Under the pieces are notes generated by a model. The model worked only from the letters and a program-made list of their open reading frames with translations. It did not search any database and was not told where the DNA came from. Below, piece by piece: positions 48,536 to 57,708 of a DNA stretch of 64,000 bases. A program made the position numbers and the translations under genes. The stretch comes from Gemmatimonadales bacterium UBA1120 (GTDB lineage: Bacteria; Gemmatimonadota; Gemmatimonadetes; Longimicrobiales; Gaopeijiaceae). The stretch's first letter is position 1; each line of letters begins with the position of its first letter. The stretch lies in the NCBI GenBank assembly GCA_002313925.1, contig DCAZ01000115.1, positions 25,028-89,027 on the forward strand, read 5' to 3'.

Positions 48536-49033
48536 ATGAATACAAACTTGAACGAAACTCCTAAAATCTCCGTACTCTTCGTCTGCCTTGGGAACATCTG
48601 CCGTTCCCCGCTGGCTGAAGGAATCTTCAGGTATCTCGTGGAAGAGGAGGGATTAGGCGATCACTTCTCGATAGACTCTGCAGGAACAGGAGCATGGCAT
48701 GTCGGAGAGCGGCCCGACGGTCGAGCTTCACTCGTAGCTCAACAACACGGGATCAATCTGGATTCTCGGGCCCGACAGGTCCAAAAAGAAGATTTTGAAC
48801 GCTTTGATTATATGATCGCTATGGATCGCGAGAACCTGAGGGCGCTGGAGGAATTGAGATCGGAAACCAACAGCAACACCCAAATCACACTCCTTTGCTC
48901 CCACGATCCTAATGGTGACAACGGAGACGAGATCCCTGATCCCTACTACGGTGGAGCCAGCGGGTTCGAAAATATCTACCAACTGGTGCACCAATCTTGT
49001 AAGGGACTGCTTCAACAACTTCTCGCCGCTTGA
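48536..49033 (+). CDS. low-molecular-weight protein-tyrosine phosphatase
   Basis: Active-site loop VLFVCLGNICRSPLAEG (CX5R-S) and the DPYYG general-acid region. Confidence 0.9.
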   Translation: MNTNLNETPKISVLFVCLGNICRSPLAEGIFRYLVEEEGLGDHFSIDSAGTGAWHVGERPDGRASLVAQQHGINLDSRARQVQKEDFERFDYMIAMDRENLRALEELRSETNSNTQITLLCSHDPNGDNGDEIPDPYYGGASGFENIYQLVHQSCKGLLQQLLAA

Positions 49034-49080
49034 TAACTCTATTATCAGTGTAGAAAAGTGAGGCAGCCCCTAGTACCCTT

Positions 49081-50283
49081 CTAGGCTGCGGCCCCAGTTC
49101 TGACCATCGCGACGATCCTCTCGAATGCCTCTTCAATTAGAGCGTCCGCTGCTGCGAAGCTGAGTCTCACCCACCGGTCATCACCAAACGCGGCACCCGG
49201 CACAAGCGCCACACCATGTTCTTGCAGAAGCTGCGAGCACCAAGCGGTAGCATCACTTTCATCTGCTCCAAAAAGTCCATCCACACGAAAATAGAGGTAA
49301 AAAGCCCCCTCAGGTCGAATGTATGGGACACCAGGGAGAAGTTGATCCATTAGGGTTATGACAAGGTTTCTGCGGCGCCGAAAAGCGACCCCCATCTCAG
49401 CGATCGCAACAGAAGCTGCCTCCACATTACGAAACGCTTCCAGGGCTCCTACTTGAGAAGGAGTAGCTGTATTGGATGTGATCTGACTCTGAAGTGCAGT
49501 GAACTTCTGAGCAACTTCAACACTTGAGTATGAGAAACCAACCCTCCATCCAGTCATTGCATAGCTTTTCGAAGCACCATCGACCAGAATGAAATTGCCG
49601 ACATCCGACTCTGGCAAATCCAGGACACCAGGGGCTGCACCGCCCTCCTCACCGAAGTACACATTACGATAGATCTCGTCACTCACGATCCAGATTCCGT
49701 GGCCTTTGGCCCAAGCAGCGAGTTCCTTGAGTTCGGCTAGGGAGTAAATCGCACCGGTGGGATTGCATGGAGTATTCAACACGAGTCCCTTGGTGTTCCC
49801 GGAAACAACACGTTCTAGGTCCGATGGCACGACCTTGAAACTGTTGGCTTCAGCTCCGAAAACCGTCACAGGTTCAGCACGTGCGAGCATGACCAGGTCC
49901 GGATAGGTCGTCCAGTATGGGGCGGCAACCAATACTTCATCGCCAGGACCACAGAGAGAGAAAAATGTGTTAAATAGCGCTTGCTTAACGCCGGCGCTGA
50001 CTACGACCCCCTGCCAATTGATTTCACGACCTGAGCGTGCCCTGAGGTGATTGGCAATCGCTTTCCGAAGTTCTGGGAGACCCGCAGGCGGTGTGTAGCG
50101 TGTGCGGCCTGACCTGACACCGTGCACTGCCGCATCAGCTATGAATAGAGGTGTGTCAAAATCAGGCTCACCCGCTCCGAGATTGACGATGTCACGGCCC
50201 TCAGCTACCAGGCTCTTGGCCAAAGTGCTAACCGCAATTGTCGCCGAAGGCTTGAGTCTCTCGACATTGGCGCTGAAGGACAT
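49081..50283 (-). CDS. class I/II PLP aminotransferase (aspartate aminotransferase type)
   Basis: 400 aa. LGAGEPDFDTP, YTPPAGLPELR, NTPCNPTG, SDEIY, SKSYAMTGWRVG (PLP lysine). Confidence 0.9.
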   Translation of the reverse strand: MSFSANVERLKPSATIAVSTLAKSLVAEGRDIVNLGAGEPDFDTPLFIADAAVHGVRSGRTRYTPPAGLPELRKAIANHLRARSGREINWQGVVVSAGVKQALFNTFFSLCGPGDEVLVAAPYWTTYPDLVMLARAEPVTVFGAEANSFKVVPSDLERVVSGNTKGLVLNTPCNPTGAIYSLAELKELAAWAKGHGIWIVSDEIYRNVYFGEEGGAAPGVLDLPESDVGNFILVDGASKSYAMTGWRVGFSYSSVEVAQKFTALQSQITSNTATPSQVGALEAFRNVEAASVAIAEMGVAFRRRRNLVITLMDQLLPGVPYIRPEGAFYLYFRVDGLFGADESDATAWCSQLLQEHGVALVPGAAFGDDRWVRLSFAAADALIEEAFERIVAMVRTGAAA

Positions 50284-50393
50284 GACACTCCTTTAAGTAG
50301 CAATCTGGGAAAGAAATATGGTGGGACCCTAAGGCCGGAGGAAGCACCCAATACTCTGGCCGACCGCAGCGAGTTCAGCCACCTTCTCATTCC

Positions 50394-50978
50394 ATGATTT
50401 ACAAGTCTTTATGCCTGGTGATAGACGTCGCCGACCCGCTCTCTTTCTTGGCCCACCTGCAGGTAAGGTCAGTAGAGCAAACAACGGGAAGCCATGTACA
50501 GCGCATCCCGGTTGAACTCCGTCCTCCACCAGCAGAGCTGATCGGCGCTGACCACCCCTTCTGGCTTCAGCGCTGGGAACAAGCAGAAGCTCTAGCGGAA
50601 AGACTCAACCTATCCCTAAGAAAGCCATGCCTGGTGCCTTGGTCTCGTAAAGCTCACGAGCTCTTATACCATGCCGATGCAACTGGACTAGACGAGGCCG
50701 GCGAACTGCTTGATTTGATCTTCCAAGCCTTCCTGCTTAAGGGAAAGGATATAGGTCGAGTCGATATACTCGTGGGTATTGGGCAGTCTGTGGGATTAGA
50801 GTTGAGCGAAACCAAGGCAGTCCTAGACATCGACCGGTATGAAGCAGAAGTTTCTGATGCCCTTGAATACGCTCGCTCACAGAAAGCTGAGGTTCCGCCG
50901 GTACTCATCAGGGGCCATAAGCACTTAAGGGACTTCCACAACGACGAAGCGATCGGCACCTTTCTAGCCACGACTTGA
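50394..50978 (+). CDS. DsbA/FrnE-like thioredoxin-fold protein lacking the CXXC active site
   Basis: The layout follows DsbA-FrnE proteins (LVIDVADPLSFLAH..., IPVELRPPP, SRKAHELLYHA, IFQAFLLKGKDIGRVDIL, EVPPVLIRGHKHLRDFH). The position of CPWC reads DPLS. Confidence 0.5.
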   Translation: MIYKSLCLVIDVADPLSFLAHLQVRSVEQTTGSHVQRIPVELRPPPAELIGADHPFWLQRWEQAEALAERLNLSLRKPCLVPWSRKAHELLYHADATGLDEAGELLDLIFQAFLLKGKDIGRVDILVGIGQSVGLELSETKAVLDIDRYEAEVSDALEYARSQKAEVPPVLIRGHKHLRDFHNDEAIGTFLATT

Positions 50979-51039
50979 TTGGAGTTCGGGGCCCGGACGC
51001 ACTCAAGTCTCTTAAACATTAAAGACTACAGTCACAAAT

Positions 51040-51342
51040 ATGGCCGGTTATCAGCGTAAGACAGCGCTCTCGCCCAGAGAAGTCTTTTCGGAAGCCGAGG
51101 GCTTCCTTCCTCGGATTGTTGGGCTCACCCGCGCAAACAACTCAAGTCATACTGCTACATATGACGGTGCTGAAGGGACGGTCACGCTAACCGCTCATCG
51201 GCATGGGCCCTATACCGATGTTGTGGCTACTACCGACCAACTTCGGACATCAAGAATGGATTACGAGGTACAAAAACTCTTGAATCGCCTTCCTTATGAA
51301 CCCGGTGACCTCGGTGGTCCAGGTTCTGGCGATCCTACCTGA
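51040..51342 (+). CDS. hypothetical protein (100 aa)
   Basis: ORF only, with no recognisable motif. It lies immediately upstream of, and possibly overlaps, the degenerate helicase gene. Confidence 0.4.
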   Translation: MAGYQRKTALSPREVFSEAEGFLPRIVGLTRANNSSHTATYDGAEGTVTLTAHRHGPYTDVVATTDQLRTSRMDYEVQKLLNRLPYEPGDLGGPGSGDPT

Positions 51343-52885
51343 AGCAGCATTCAAAGTGGATTCATTCGAAGAACTCGGGTTAAGCCCCGAGTTAGTTGAG
51401 GCGCTGGCTGCCGAGGGGATTGAACGGCCGACATCGATACAGAAATCGGTGATTCCTTTTGTGTATCGTGAGAATAATGTGATCGTAACAGCCGGTCCCG
51501 GGAGTGGGGTGACTATGTCCTGGGCAGTAGCCCTACTAAATCGCTTTCCTGACCGGCAAGAGGGAAATCCTAGGGTGCTTGTGCTCACGCCCTCACGTGA
51601 CCGGGCTAATGATTTAGCGGAATCGATGAGCCCGATCGCCAGCCACATTGGACAAGTTGTGGGGGCACTAGGATCTCAATGGGTGCAACCCGAACAAGCA
51701 ACATTACTCTTCGCGACACCTGGCGATGTCTTAGCAAGTTGTACCACTCATAAACTTGCACTCGAGCCTGTGGAAGCAATCGTGCTGGACCAAGCGATCC
51801 GAATCGATGAATTCGATGGCCTTGAGGAAGTCGAGCTTGTCCTGAGCTACCTAGCCAGCACAACACAGCGAATCGTCACTTCTCTGCCTGTCACAAGTGC
51901 TGTTGCAGATTTCTGCAAACGACACTTAAAGCGCGCAATCAGTTTGCCCTCCACGGATACATCGGTAGCTGATGGGCCCAGACGTGGTACACTGCAGTTC
52001 CGGATCACAACCGAGCCACTTGAACACGAGGCCCTCAAGGTCGTAGAGAATATCTTAGCCTCCGGAACACCACATGTGCTGCTCTACTGCCGCAATGACG
52101 ACCGTGCGGCTGATGTCGGGGACTATTTGACACTCCACGGCTACCTCGCCGGTGCCCCCGGTGATACGAAAGTTCCCGTATGGCTTGGTGTCAATCCACT
52201 CGAAGTACGGAGCACCATCGGTGACCACAAGCACATACCTGTCATTAGCTGCGATGTACCAACAGACGTGGATGATCTTGATCGCCGCCACGGTGCTTCG
52301 GATCAGGGTTTCGTAGTGGTTCTGCCCCGAGAGATACCACACCTCCGTGCAACCGCCCGACAAGCAGGCTATGAAGTTGTTCCATTCCCGCCCGAAATTA
52401 AAAAGAGTGCTGGTCCCATCGCCGCGCTGCATGATTCAATTCGAGGGGTGATAGAGAAGGAGGACATTGCACCGTACTTATTCGCCCTCGAATCTCTGTT
52501 CGAAGAATATGACGCGGCTGAAGTGGCTGCAGCGCTTGCTCTCTTGAGTAAACGCTCAGTAACGACCGAGGTGGCCCCTGCAAACACTCCGACCAATGTA
52601 CCAGCATGGGCCAAACTCTTCGTCGGAATTGGCGCACGAGATGGTCTGGAGCCTGGTGATCTTTTGGGTACGATCACAGGAGAAGCGAACGTATCGGGAG
52701 ACACGGTCGGACGTATCGAGATCAAGGAAAACTATACACTCGTAGAAGTTCATGATTCAGTAGCACAAGCTGTCATCACAGCACTTAATGGAAGAACTAT
52801 CTGCGGGCGTGCAGTGCGCGCGGACTTTGACAGACCGCAACGAGGCGGCGGCGGTCATCGTCCAAATAAGTCGAGGAATAGTTGA
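51296..52885 (+). CDS. DEAD-box-helicase-like protein with degenerate catalytic motifs and intact C-terminal DbpA-type RNA-binding domain plus RGG tail
   Basis: The Q-motif is kept (FEELGL...PTSIQ). Motif I is AGPGSGVT (Lys lost), Ia is PSRDRA, II is VLDQAI (not DEAD), III is TSL (not SAT), and VI is RRHGASDQG (not HRIGRTGRAG). C-terminus: KLFVGIGARDGLEPGDLLGTITGEANVSGDTVGRIEIKENYTLVEV...LNGRTICGRAVRADFDRPQRGGGGHR. An alternative GTG start at 51356 would remove the 47-nt overlap with the upstream ORF. Confidence 0.75.
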   Translation: MNPVTSVVQVLAILPEAAFKVDSFEELGLSPELVEALAAEGIERPTSIQKSVIPFVYRENNVIVTAGPGSGVTMSWAVALLNRFPDRQEGNPRVLVLTPSRDRANDLAESMSPIASHIGQVVGALGSQWVQPEQATLLFATPGDVLASCTTHKLALEPVEAIVLDQAIRIDEFDGLEEVELVLSYLASTTQRIVTSLPVTSAVADFCKRHLKRAISLPSTDTSVADGPRRGTLQFRITTEPLEHEALKVVENILASGTPHVLLYCRNDDRAADVGDYLTLHGYLAGAPGDTKVPVWLGVNPLEVRSTIGDHKHIPVISCDVPTDVDDLDRRHGASDQGFVVVLPREIPHLRATARQAGYEVVPFPPEIKKSAGPIAALHDSIRGVIEKEDIAPYLFALESLFEEYDAAEVAAALALLSKRSVTTEVAPANTPTNVPAWAKLFVGIGARDGLEPGDLLGTITGEANVSGDTVGRIEIKENYTLVEVHDSVAQAVITALNGRTICGRAVRADFDRPQRGGGGHRPNKSRNS

Positions 52886-52901
52886 CTGAGGTGAAATACG
52901 A

Positions 52902-52942
52902 AGAGGCCGCGTCACCTAGAAAGTGACACGGCCTCTTATTTC
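52902..52942. terminator. bidirectional stem-loop between convergent genes (helicase-like gene and HU)
   Basis: AGAGGCCGCGTCAC-CTAGAAA-GTGACACGGCCTCT is a 14-bp stem with one mismatch, followed by TATTT. It lies 17 nt after the stop at 52885 and 60 nt from the HU stop. Confidence 0.55.
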
Positions 52943-53001
52943 GCGGGTCACACCTGACCGCTGCGGCTCCGATCAGGTACCCAGGACGTAACTTCGGGGG
53001 C

Positions 53002-53289
53002 TTACCCTTTGACTGCGTCCTTCAAACCCTTTCCTGCCCGGAATCCCGGCGTCTTGGTGGCCGCAATATAAATCGACTGGCCAGTCCGAGGGTTCCGGCC
53101 CATCCGGGCCTTACGATGTTTGGCTTCAAACGTACCAAAGCCGGTGATTTGGACCTTGCGATCTCCTTTGAGTGCAGAGGAGATGATCCCGCTACTTGGG
53201 CCAAAGAGTGCGTCCACGCAACGCGATGCATCGGCCTTGGTCATGCCGGTTGCACTCGCGAGGGCGTCCACTAAGTCGGACTTGTTCAT
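53002..53289 (-). CDS. hup: HU-family nucleoid-associated DNA-binding protein
   Basis: MNKSDLVDALASATGMTKADASRCVDALF...VQITGFGTFEAKHRKARMGRNPRTGQSIYIAATKTPGFRAGKGLKDAV is the classic HU/IHF pattern. ATG 53289 is preceded by GGAG; the track ORF (to 53385) is an upstream extension. Confidence 0.9.
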   Translation of the reverse strand: MNKSDLVDALASATGMTKADASRCVDALFGPSSGIISSALKGDRKVQITGFGTFEAKHRKARMGRNPRTGQSIYIAATKTPGFRAGKGLKDAVKG

Positions 53290-53728
53290 CTGGCTGCTCC
53301 TGTCACTTAGATGGGTAAGTTGTCGCGGCCAAAGCCGCCATTCTTGCAGGCCTGGAGAACTCTCTCCCATCAAGCTTTGGATCACTCGAAAAGCCGCATG
53401 AAATCAAGTGTTTCCGAGCCTTGCAGGTCACAGTTAGATAACTGTAAGGCACACTCGTGAGAGCGTCAAGGTAAAAAACAGCCTAAAGACCGCATGGTTC
53501 CTAGCTTCCTGGCTGGTTTGATCTTGGTATCTGACCGTATAAGCCAAACTAGTGTCGCGCAAATATCAGTCTGGAGTCTAAATTAGCGTGTGCTACGAGT
53601 GATAGTACTGTGTACGATTTGACCTACTGTATACAGGGTTACCAAAGAGACTCGGCATGGACATGACTACGTCATATCTTTAGGGGACAAGCGAAACTTG
53701 CGTATCCCCTATTTGCCGACCTAAGAAA

Positions 53729-53944
53729 ATGGCCACATCAAAAGGGTATACAGCCCAACAGAGACAGAATCTAGTAAACGCCTTTGGCAGGCAGATAACG
53801 CTAAAATGTCCGGACTGCAATATTCTCTTGGACCACCTCCATATACCACCGCGCTCCGATGTTTCCTACGTGCGGGATCGGGTCCTACTTACCTGCTCGT
53901 CTTGTCACCGGACACTAATCATCGACCATGGCCAGAGTGATTAA
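53729..53944 (+). CDS. small zinc-ribbon protein (71 aa), hypothetical
   Basis: Two CxxC pairs (CPDCNILL ... CSSCHRTL) are spaced about 33 residues apart. No other motif is recognisable. Confidence 0.45.
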   Translation: MATSKGYTAQQRQNLVNAFGRQITLKCPDCNILLDHLHIPPRSDVSYVRDRVLLTCSSCHRTLIIDHGQSD

Positions 53945-54116
53945 GAGCAAGACACTCTTGCACGCTCACCTAACAATATCCGGAAATTCCAACCTGAAGC
54001 AGTATCAAAATCTGCCTGACATTCACCAGACACCATTCGCTCTTAGGTGTCGAGACTATTGCCGGTATTCCCTATCGGGTTAGAGCTTCCAGGATCGTTT
54101 TCACAACCCGAACTGG

Positions 54117-55091
54117 TTGATCATGATTCGGATAGCGGTACTTGTCAGTGCTCTTGCGGTCATCTGCTCCGCAAAACTGTCTGCACAAACTTACCATACG
54201 CTGCCACGTGTTCTGGAGCTGCCGGCTTCAACAAGAGCCATGGCTCTTGGCGGTGCATACATGACGAGCACTCCTCAAGCTGATGTTCTTTTCTATAATC
54301 CAGCACTCCTGGTGGGAGTTCAAAGCTTCAGCCTAGATGTGCAGCAATGGGGTGCAGCGAGCTGGACAGCAACTGCAGCAGCGTCAAAACAGTGGCTGGG
54401 GGGCGGAATCGGCATCGGCCTTCAGGTACTCCAATATGGAGCACATGGCCCAGGCGGCTACACCGCACCCAGCGGACAGGCCCATCTCTTTGATGCTGGC
54501 TCACTCCCAGTTTCAGAAAGAGTGGCTACCATCGGCTATGCACGAGAAATCAAGGGAATCAACTTGGGCTTAGCAATTAAGTTGATTGAAGAGCGTGTGG
54601 CACTTAACAAGTTCGTCACCAGCGATGCCCGCACACGCGACGGTGCCGTGTGGTTTGACGCCGGGATTTCAAAAACCTTTTTCGCTTTAACCACAAGTCT
54701 TTCATATCAAAACAACGGGGGTAGACTGTTTGCAGGAGAATACCTGGGAGATTATCAGGTTGCCGACCGAATCACTCTCGGCGTCAGCTCATCGGGAATG
54801 CAGTTCGGCATTTTCGACTACGGTATCACCGCAGCCATAACCCAAGTCAGGACATTCAAAGAGGATTCTGCGACAATCCCGGCTGCTGGACTTGAGATCA
54901 GTTACTGGCCGATACGCGGAAGAACATTTGTCGCAAGAGCTGGCGTGCAGCGAACCCCGTATTACGAAGATGCCAGCCCATTCACCTTCGGCTTTGCGTA
55001 CTGGGGTGACAATCTCGTGCTTGAGTGGTCTTTCCATGGCATGGAACAAAGCGAGCTTCGAACACACCGGTTTGGCGTGAGTTGGCGATAG
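54117..55091 (+). CDS. outer-membrane beta-barrel protein (PorV/PorQ/FadL-like N-terminal motif)
   Basis: Signal IAVLVSALAVICSAKLSAQ. ASTRAMALGGAYMTSTPQADVLFYNPALL resembles the conserved N-terminal block of PorV/PorQ-type barrels. Alternating strands follow. The start is TTG 54117 or ATG 54123. Confidence 0.6.
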   Translation: MIMIRIAVLVSALAVICSAKLSAQTYHTLPRVLELPASTRAMALGGAYMTSTPQADVLFYNPALLVGVQSFSLDVQQWGAASWTATAAASKQWLGGGIGIGLQVLQYGAHGPGGYTAPSGQAHLFDAGSLPVSERVATIGYAREIKGINLGLAIKLIEERVALNKFVTSDARTRDGAVWFDAGISKTFFALTTSLSYQNNGGRLFAGEYLGDYQVADRITLGVSSSGMQFGIFDYGITAAITQVRTFKEDSATIPAAGLEISYWPIRGRTFVARAGVQRTPYYEDASPFTFGFAYWGDNLVLEWSFHGMEQSELRTHRFGVSWR

Positions 55092-55099
55092 GAGCTAGC

Positions 55100-57061
55100 T
55101 CAATAGTTTCTTTCAACTCGAGCCCGAAGGAATGCGGAATCAAGATCAGAGAAGCCTATCTGATCAATAGAGACCTCCCCCGCATGGACGCGGTCAAAAA
55201 CGAACCGGATCTTCATGAGCTGCCCAAGATCTAAGCCCTGATTTTCAGCTTTGAAATCTCCGAGGGGGATAGAGTAGGTCTGAAGGATGAGTTCCCAATG
55301 ATCAGCAAAGCGCTCCCTCTCCTGATCAGCTCTGCGTAGTATCCATGTGTCCAAAGGGCGACGGATCGCCCCGTAGTCACTGAGGGTGACCCTGGCAACT
55401 CTGCCCATCGCATCCTCCAGCTCTACACTGAGATCTATCTCGGGTTTTGCTTCATCGCCCGTGCTACTGCCACGAGCCTCTTCTTCTTCACGGCCGTCAG
55501 ACTCTTCATCCGATGACGCTGTGTCTGGATCTCCTCGAGGAGTTGGTACTGAGTTTGTGGGCCCCAACATGAAATCGAGTGTGTGGCCTTCACTAAGCTG
55601 CCAACGTTCAGACAACCCTCCCGGCAGTTCCACAGAGTACTTAGCAGGAGGCCCGTGACGAGTAGTGTCAGACCCTGAGATACGGTTATTCCAACCGATA
55701 GTAACCGCCTGATTTTCCTGACTCGCCGATGTGTTATTGCGATTACTGGAACGGAGTCCAAGCAACTCCTCTTTCCAAGTTTCTAGGGAGTCCCCTTTCA
55801 GCAAAACTCCTGGCTCCGTGCCAACCGTAATATCGATGTCCTCTTCGAACGTAGCGAGTGGCCGAAAGCCACTGGTTTCAAAACGTGTGATGTACATCGT
55901 CGAGGGCAGCCATCCACCTATCACCCGATGGTCACGAAAGATCGGTAAGTACTGCTTGTCACCTTTCAACACGACGTCAAGAAACGCCGAGACATAGATC
56001 TCTGAAAACCGCCTTTGATCTTCCGCGTCGATCAATCCACGAAGGTCAAGTGAGCGCCCGCTCCGTGGACCACCATCATGAGAGCCCCAAACCGTGTTCC
56101 ACTGCCCATGATTTGCACGGTAAACGTAGATCGCAGATTTAAAATTGAAGAGATCTGACTCATTGAACTTCAAGCGGTCGTAGATCCTTAAACCATGAAA
56201 ACTGGTAACATCACCATCGTGAGAACCATGAAAAGTCAGGTAACTTACATCCTCAACTACGACCTTACGGCCTGTAGGTAGATACTGCCCGTCGACCGGT
56301 GCAATGGAGATAATCCCCTTGATGCCATAATCGAAGTTGAACTCGAGTGAAGCATCATCTGGATAGTAAGAAAGCCTGTTGAAAGCAGCTGCGTTGGCCA
56401 CAGCCTCTCCACCTCGTGAGTGGCCGATAAGAGCAATATTATCCATATCGACCTTGCCCTCGAACGGGTTGCCCGCTTCCTGATTGAAGTCTTCAAAAGC
56501 CTCTAGATGTTTGAGTAAGAACCAACCTCGAGCATCATTTTCTCCTCGGATACCACCATTGATGAAGTTCTCATCGATACTAGCAAGAATGTATCCACGG
56601 GTTGCTAGCAGTTCGCCCAGATAATCATATCCGGGGTCTGAGAAGTCCTTCATGTTATGGTTTCCATGAACGACTAGGACCAGGGGGAATGGTCCATCTC
56701 CATCGGGATACCAAACCCGAGCGTTGAGGGGCATCTCCTTCGGACTGAACCCCCAGTAACGATTTCGACTACCTGCCGAACTACCGAGATTTACAAGCTT
56801 TGACGCATCTACCACATCGGTGATAAGGGAAACCGAATCCCTATATTCAAGTCGATTCTTGTCTGTCCCATTTCCATAGTAGAGCGTCAAGACCCCATAG
56901 GGCCCCTTGAGGCCAGGATCCGGTGCTCGCAGGGTCTGGCTGGAAAGTACTCTTCCGGCGTCACTCGGCGTGAGCTTTAGGGGTGGCATACAGGCTGTCA
57001 CCGAGGCCGTCATCGCCAGTGCTACACACGAGGCAGCCATATTTCTAGTCGTCATACTCAT
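55100..57061 (-). CDS. alpha/beta-hydrolase lipoprotein (PAF-acetylhydrolase/chlorophyllase-like) with C-terminal beta-rich domain
   Basis: Lipobox AMTASVTAC. PFPLVLVVHGNHN, nucleophile elbow ALIGHSRGGEAV, and FHGSHDGDV. An acidic Ser-rich linker (DPDTASSDEESDGREEEEARGSS) precedes the last domain. Confidence 0.72.
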   Translation of the reverse strand: MSMTTRNMAASCVALAMTASVTACMPPLKLTPSDAGRVLSSQTLRAPDPGLKGPYGVLTLYYGNGTDKNRLEYRDSVSLITDVVDASKLVNLGSSAGSRNRYWGFSPKEMPLNARVWYPDGDGPFPLVLVVHGNHNMKDFSDPGYDYLGELLATRGYILASIDENFINGGIRGENDARGWFLLKHLEAFEDFNQEAGNPFEGKVDMDNIALIGHSRGGEAVANAAAFNRLSYYPDDASLEFNFDYGIKGIISIAPVDGQYLPTGRKVVVEDVSYLTFHGSHDGDVTSFHGLRIYDRLKFNESDLFNFKSAIYVYRANHGQWNTVWGSHDGGPRSGRSLDLRGLIDAEDQRRFSEIYVSAFLDVVLKGDKQYLPIFRDHRVIGGWLPSTMYITRFETSGFRPLATFEEDIDITVGTEPGVLLKGDSLETWKEELLGLRSSNRNNTSASQENQAVTIGWNNRISGSDTTRHGPPAKYSVELPGGLSERWQLSEGHTLDFMLGPTNSVPTPRGDPDTASSDEESDGREEEEARGSSTGDEAKPEIDLSVELEDAMGRVARVTLSDYGAIRRPLDTWILRRADQERERFADHWELILQTYSIPLGDFKAENQGLDLGQLMKIRFVFDRVHAGEVSIDQIGFSDLDSAFLRARVERNY

Positions 57062-57203
57062 AGACTCACTGTAGTGATATACGCCACCGGGTGGCAATCA
57101 CCCATCTCTCCACCTGGCCGAGAGTAATAAACAAACAGAGGGTTCACTTCCTGCTCAGAAGCCATGCGGTTACCGTAAGCACCATTCTAACTCCAGAGAC
57201 AAC

Positions 57204-57677
57204 ATGGCCAATCCGACCATCACATTCGTGACCACACTAGGTACCTTTTCCGCTGAAATGTTGGAGGACGTTGCCCCCAAAACCGCAGGCAACTTCATGA
57301 AACTGGTTCGTGACGGCTACTACAACGGAATCATCTTTCATCGAGTGATCGACGGATTCATGATCCAAGGGGGAGATCCAACAGGAACGGGAACGGGAGG
57401 TCCGGGCTATACGATCCAAGATGAGTTTGCACCTGGGTTGAGTCATACAACAGAAGGCACCTTCTCGATGGCTAATGCTGGGCCAAACACGGGTGGATCG
57501 CAGTTCTTCATTACATTGGCTGCAACACCGTGGCTAGATGGCAAGCATGCGATCTTCGGTAAGGTCATCTCTGGGCTGGATGTGGTAATGGAGATCGGCC
57601 AGGTCTCGACCAACCCCGCGGAAAGGCCACTTGAGGATGTCGTAATGGAAAAGGTGACCGTGTCGGATGAGACATAG
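57204..57677 (+). CDS. ppiB: cyclophilin-type peptidyl-prolyl cis-trans isomerase
   Basis: [42 protein letters not shown] and [11 protein letters not shown] are canonical cyclophilin blocks. Confidence 0.92.
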   Translation: MANPTITFVTTLGTFSAEMLEDVAPKTAGNFMKLVRDGYYNGIIFHRVIDGFMIQGGDPTGTGTGGPGYTIQDEFAPGLSHTTEGTFSMANAGPNTGGSQFFITLAATPWLDGKHAIFGKVISGLDVVMEIGQVSTNPAERPLEDVVMEKVTVSDET

Positions 57678-57708
57678 TCAGCGCCTCAATTCATGAACAG
57701 TGAGAACC

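Noticed and set aside
53627-53636. CTGTATACAG resembles the CTGT...ACAG ends of a LexA SOS box.
   Set aside because: The gammaproteobacterial SOS box is CTGT-N8-ACAG, and here the spacer is only 2 nt. No SOS-type gene is nearby. It is kept only as a generic palindrome in the finding above.
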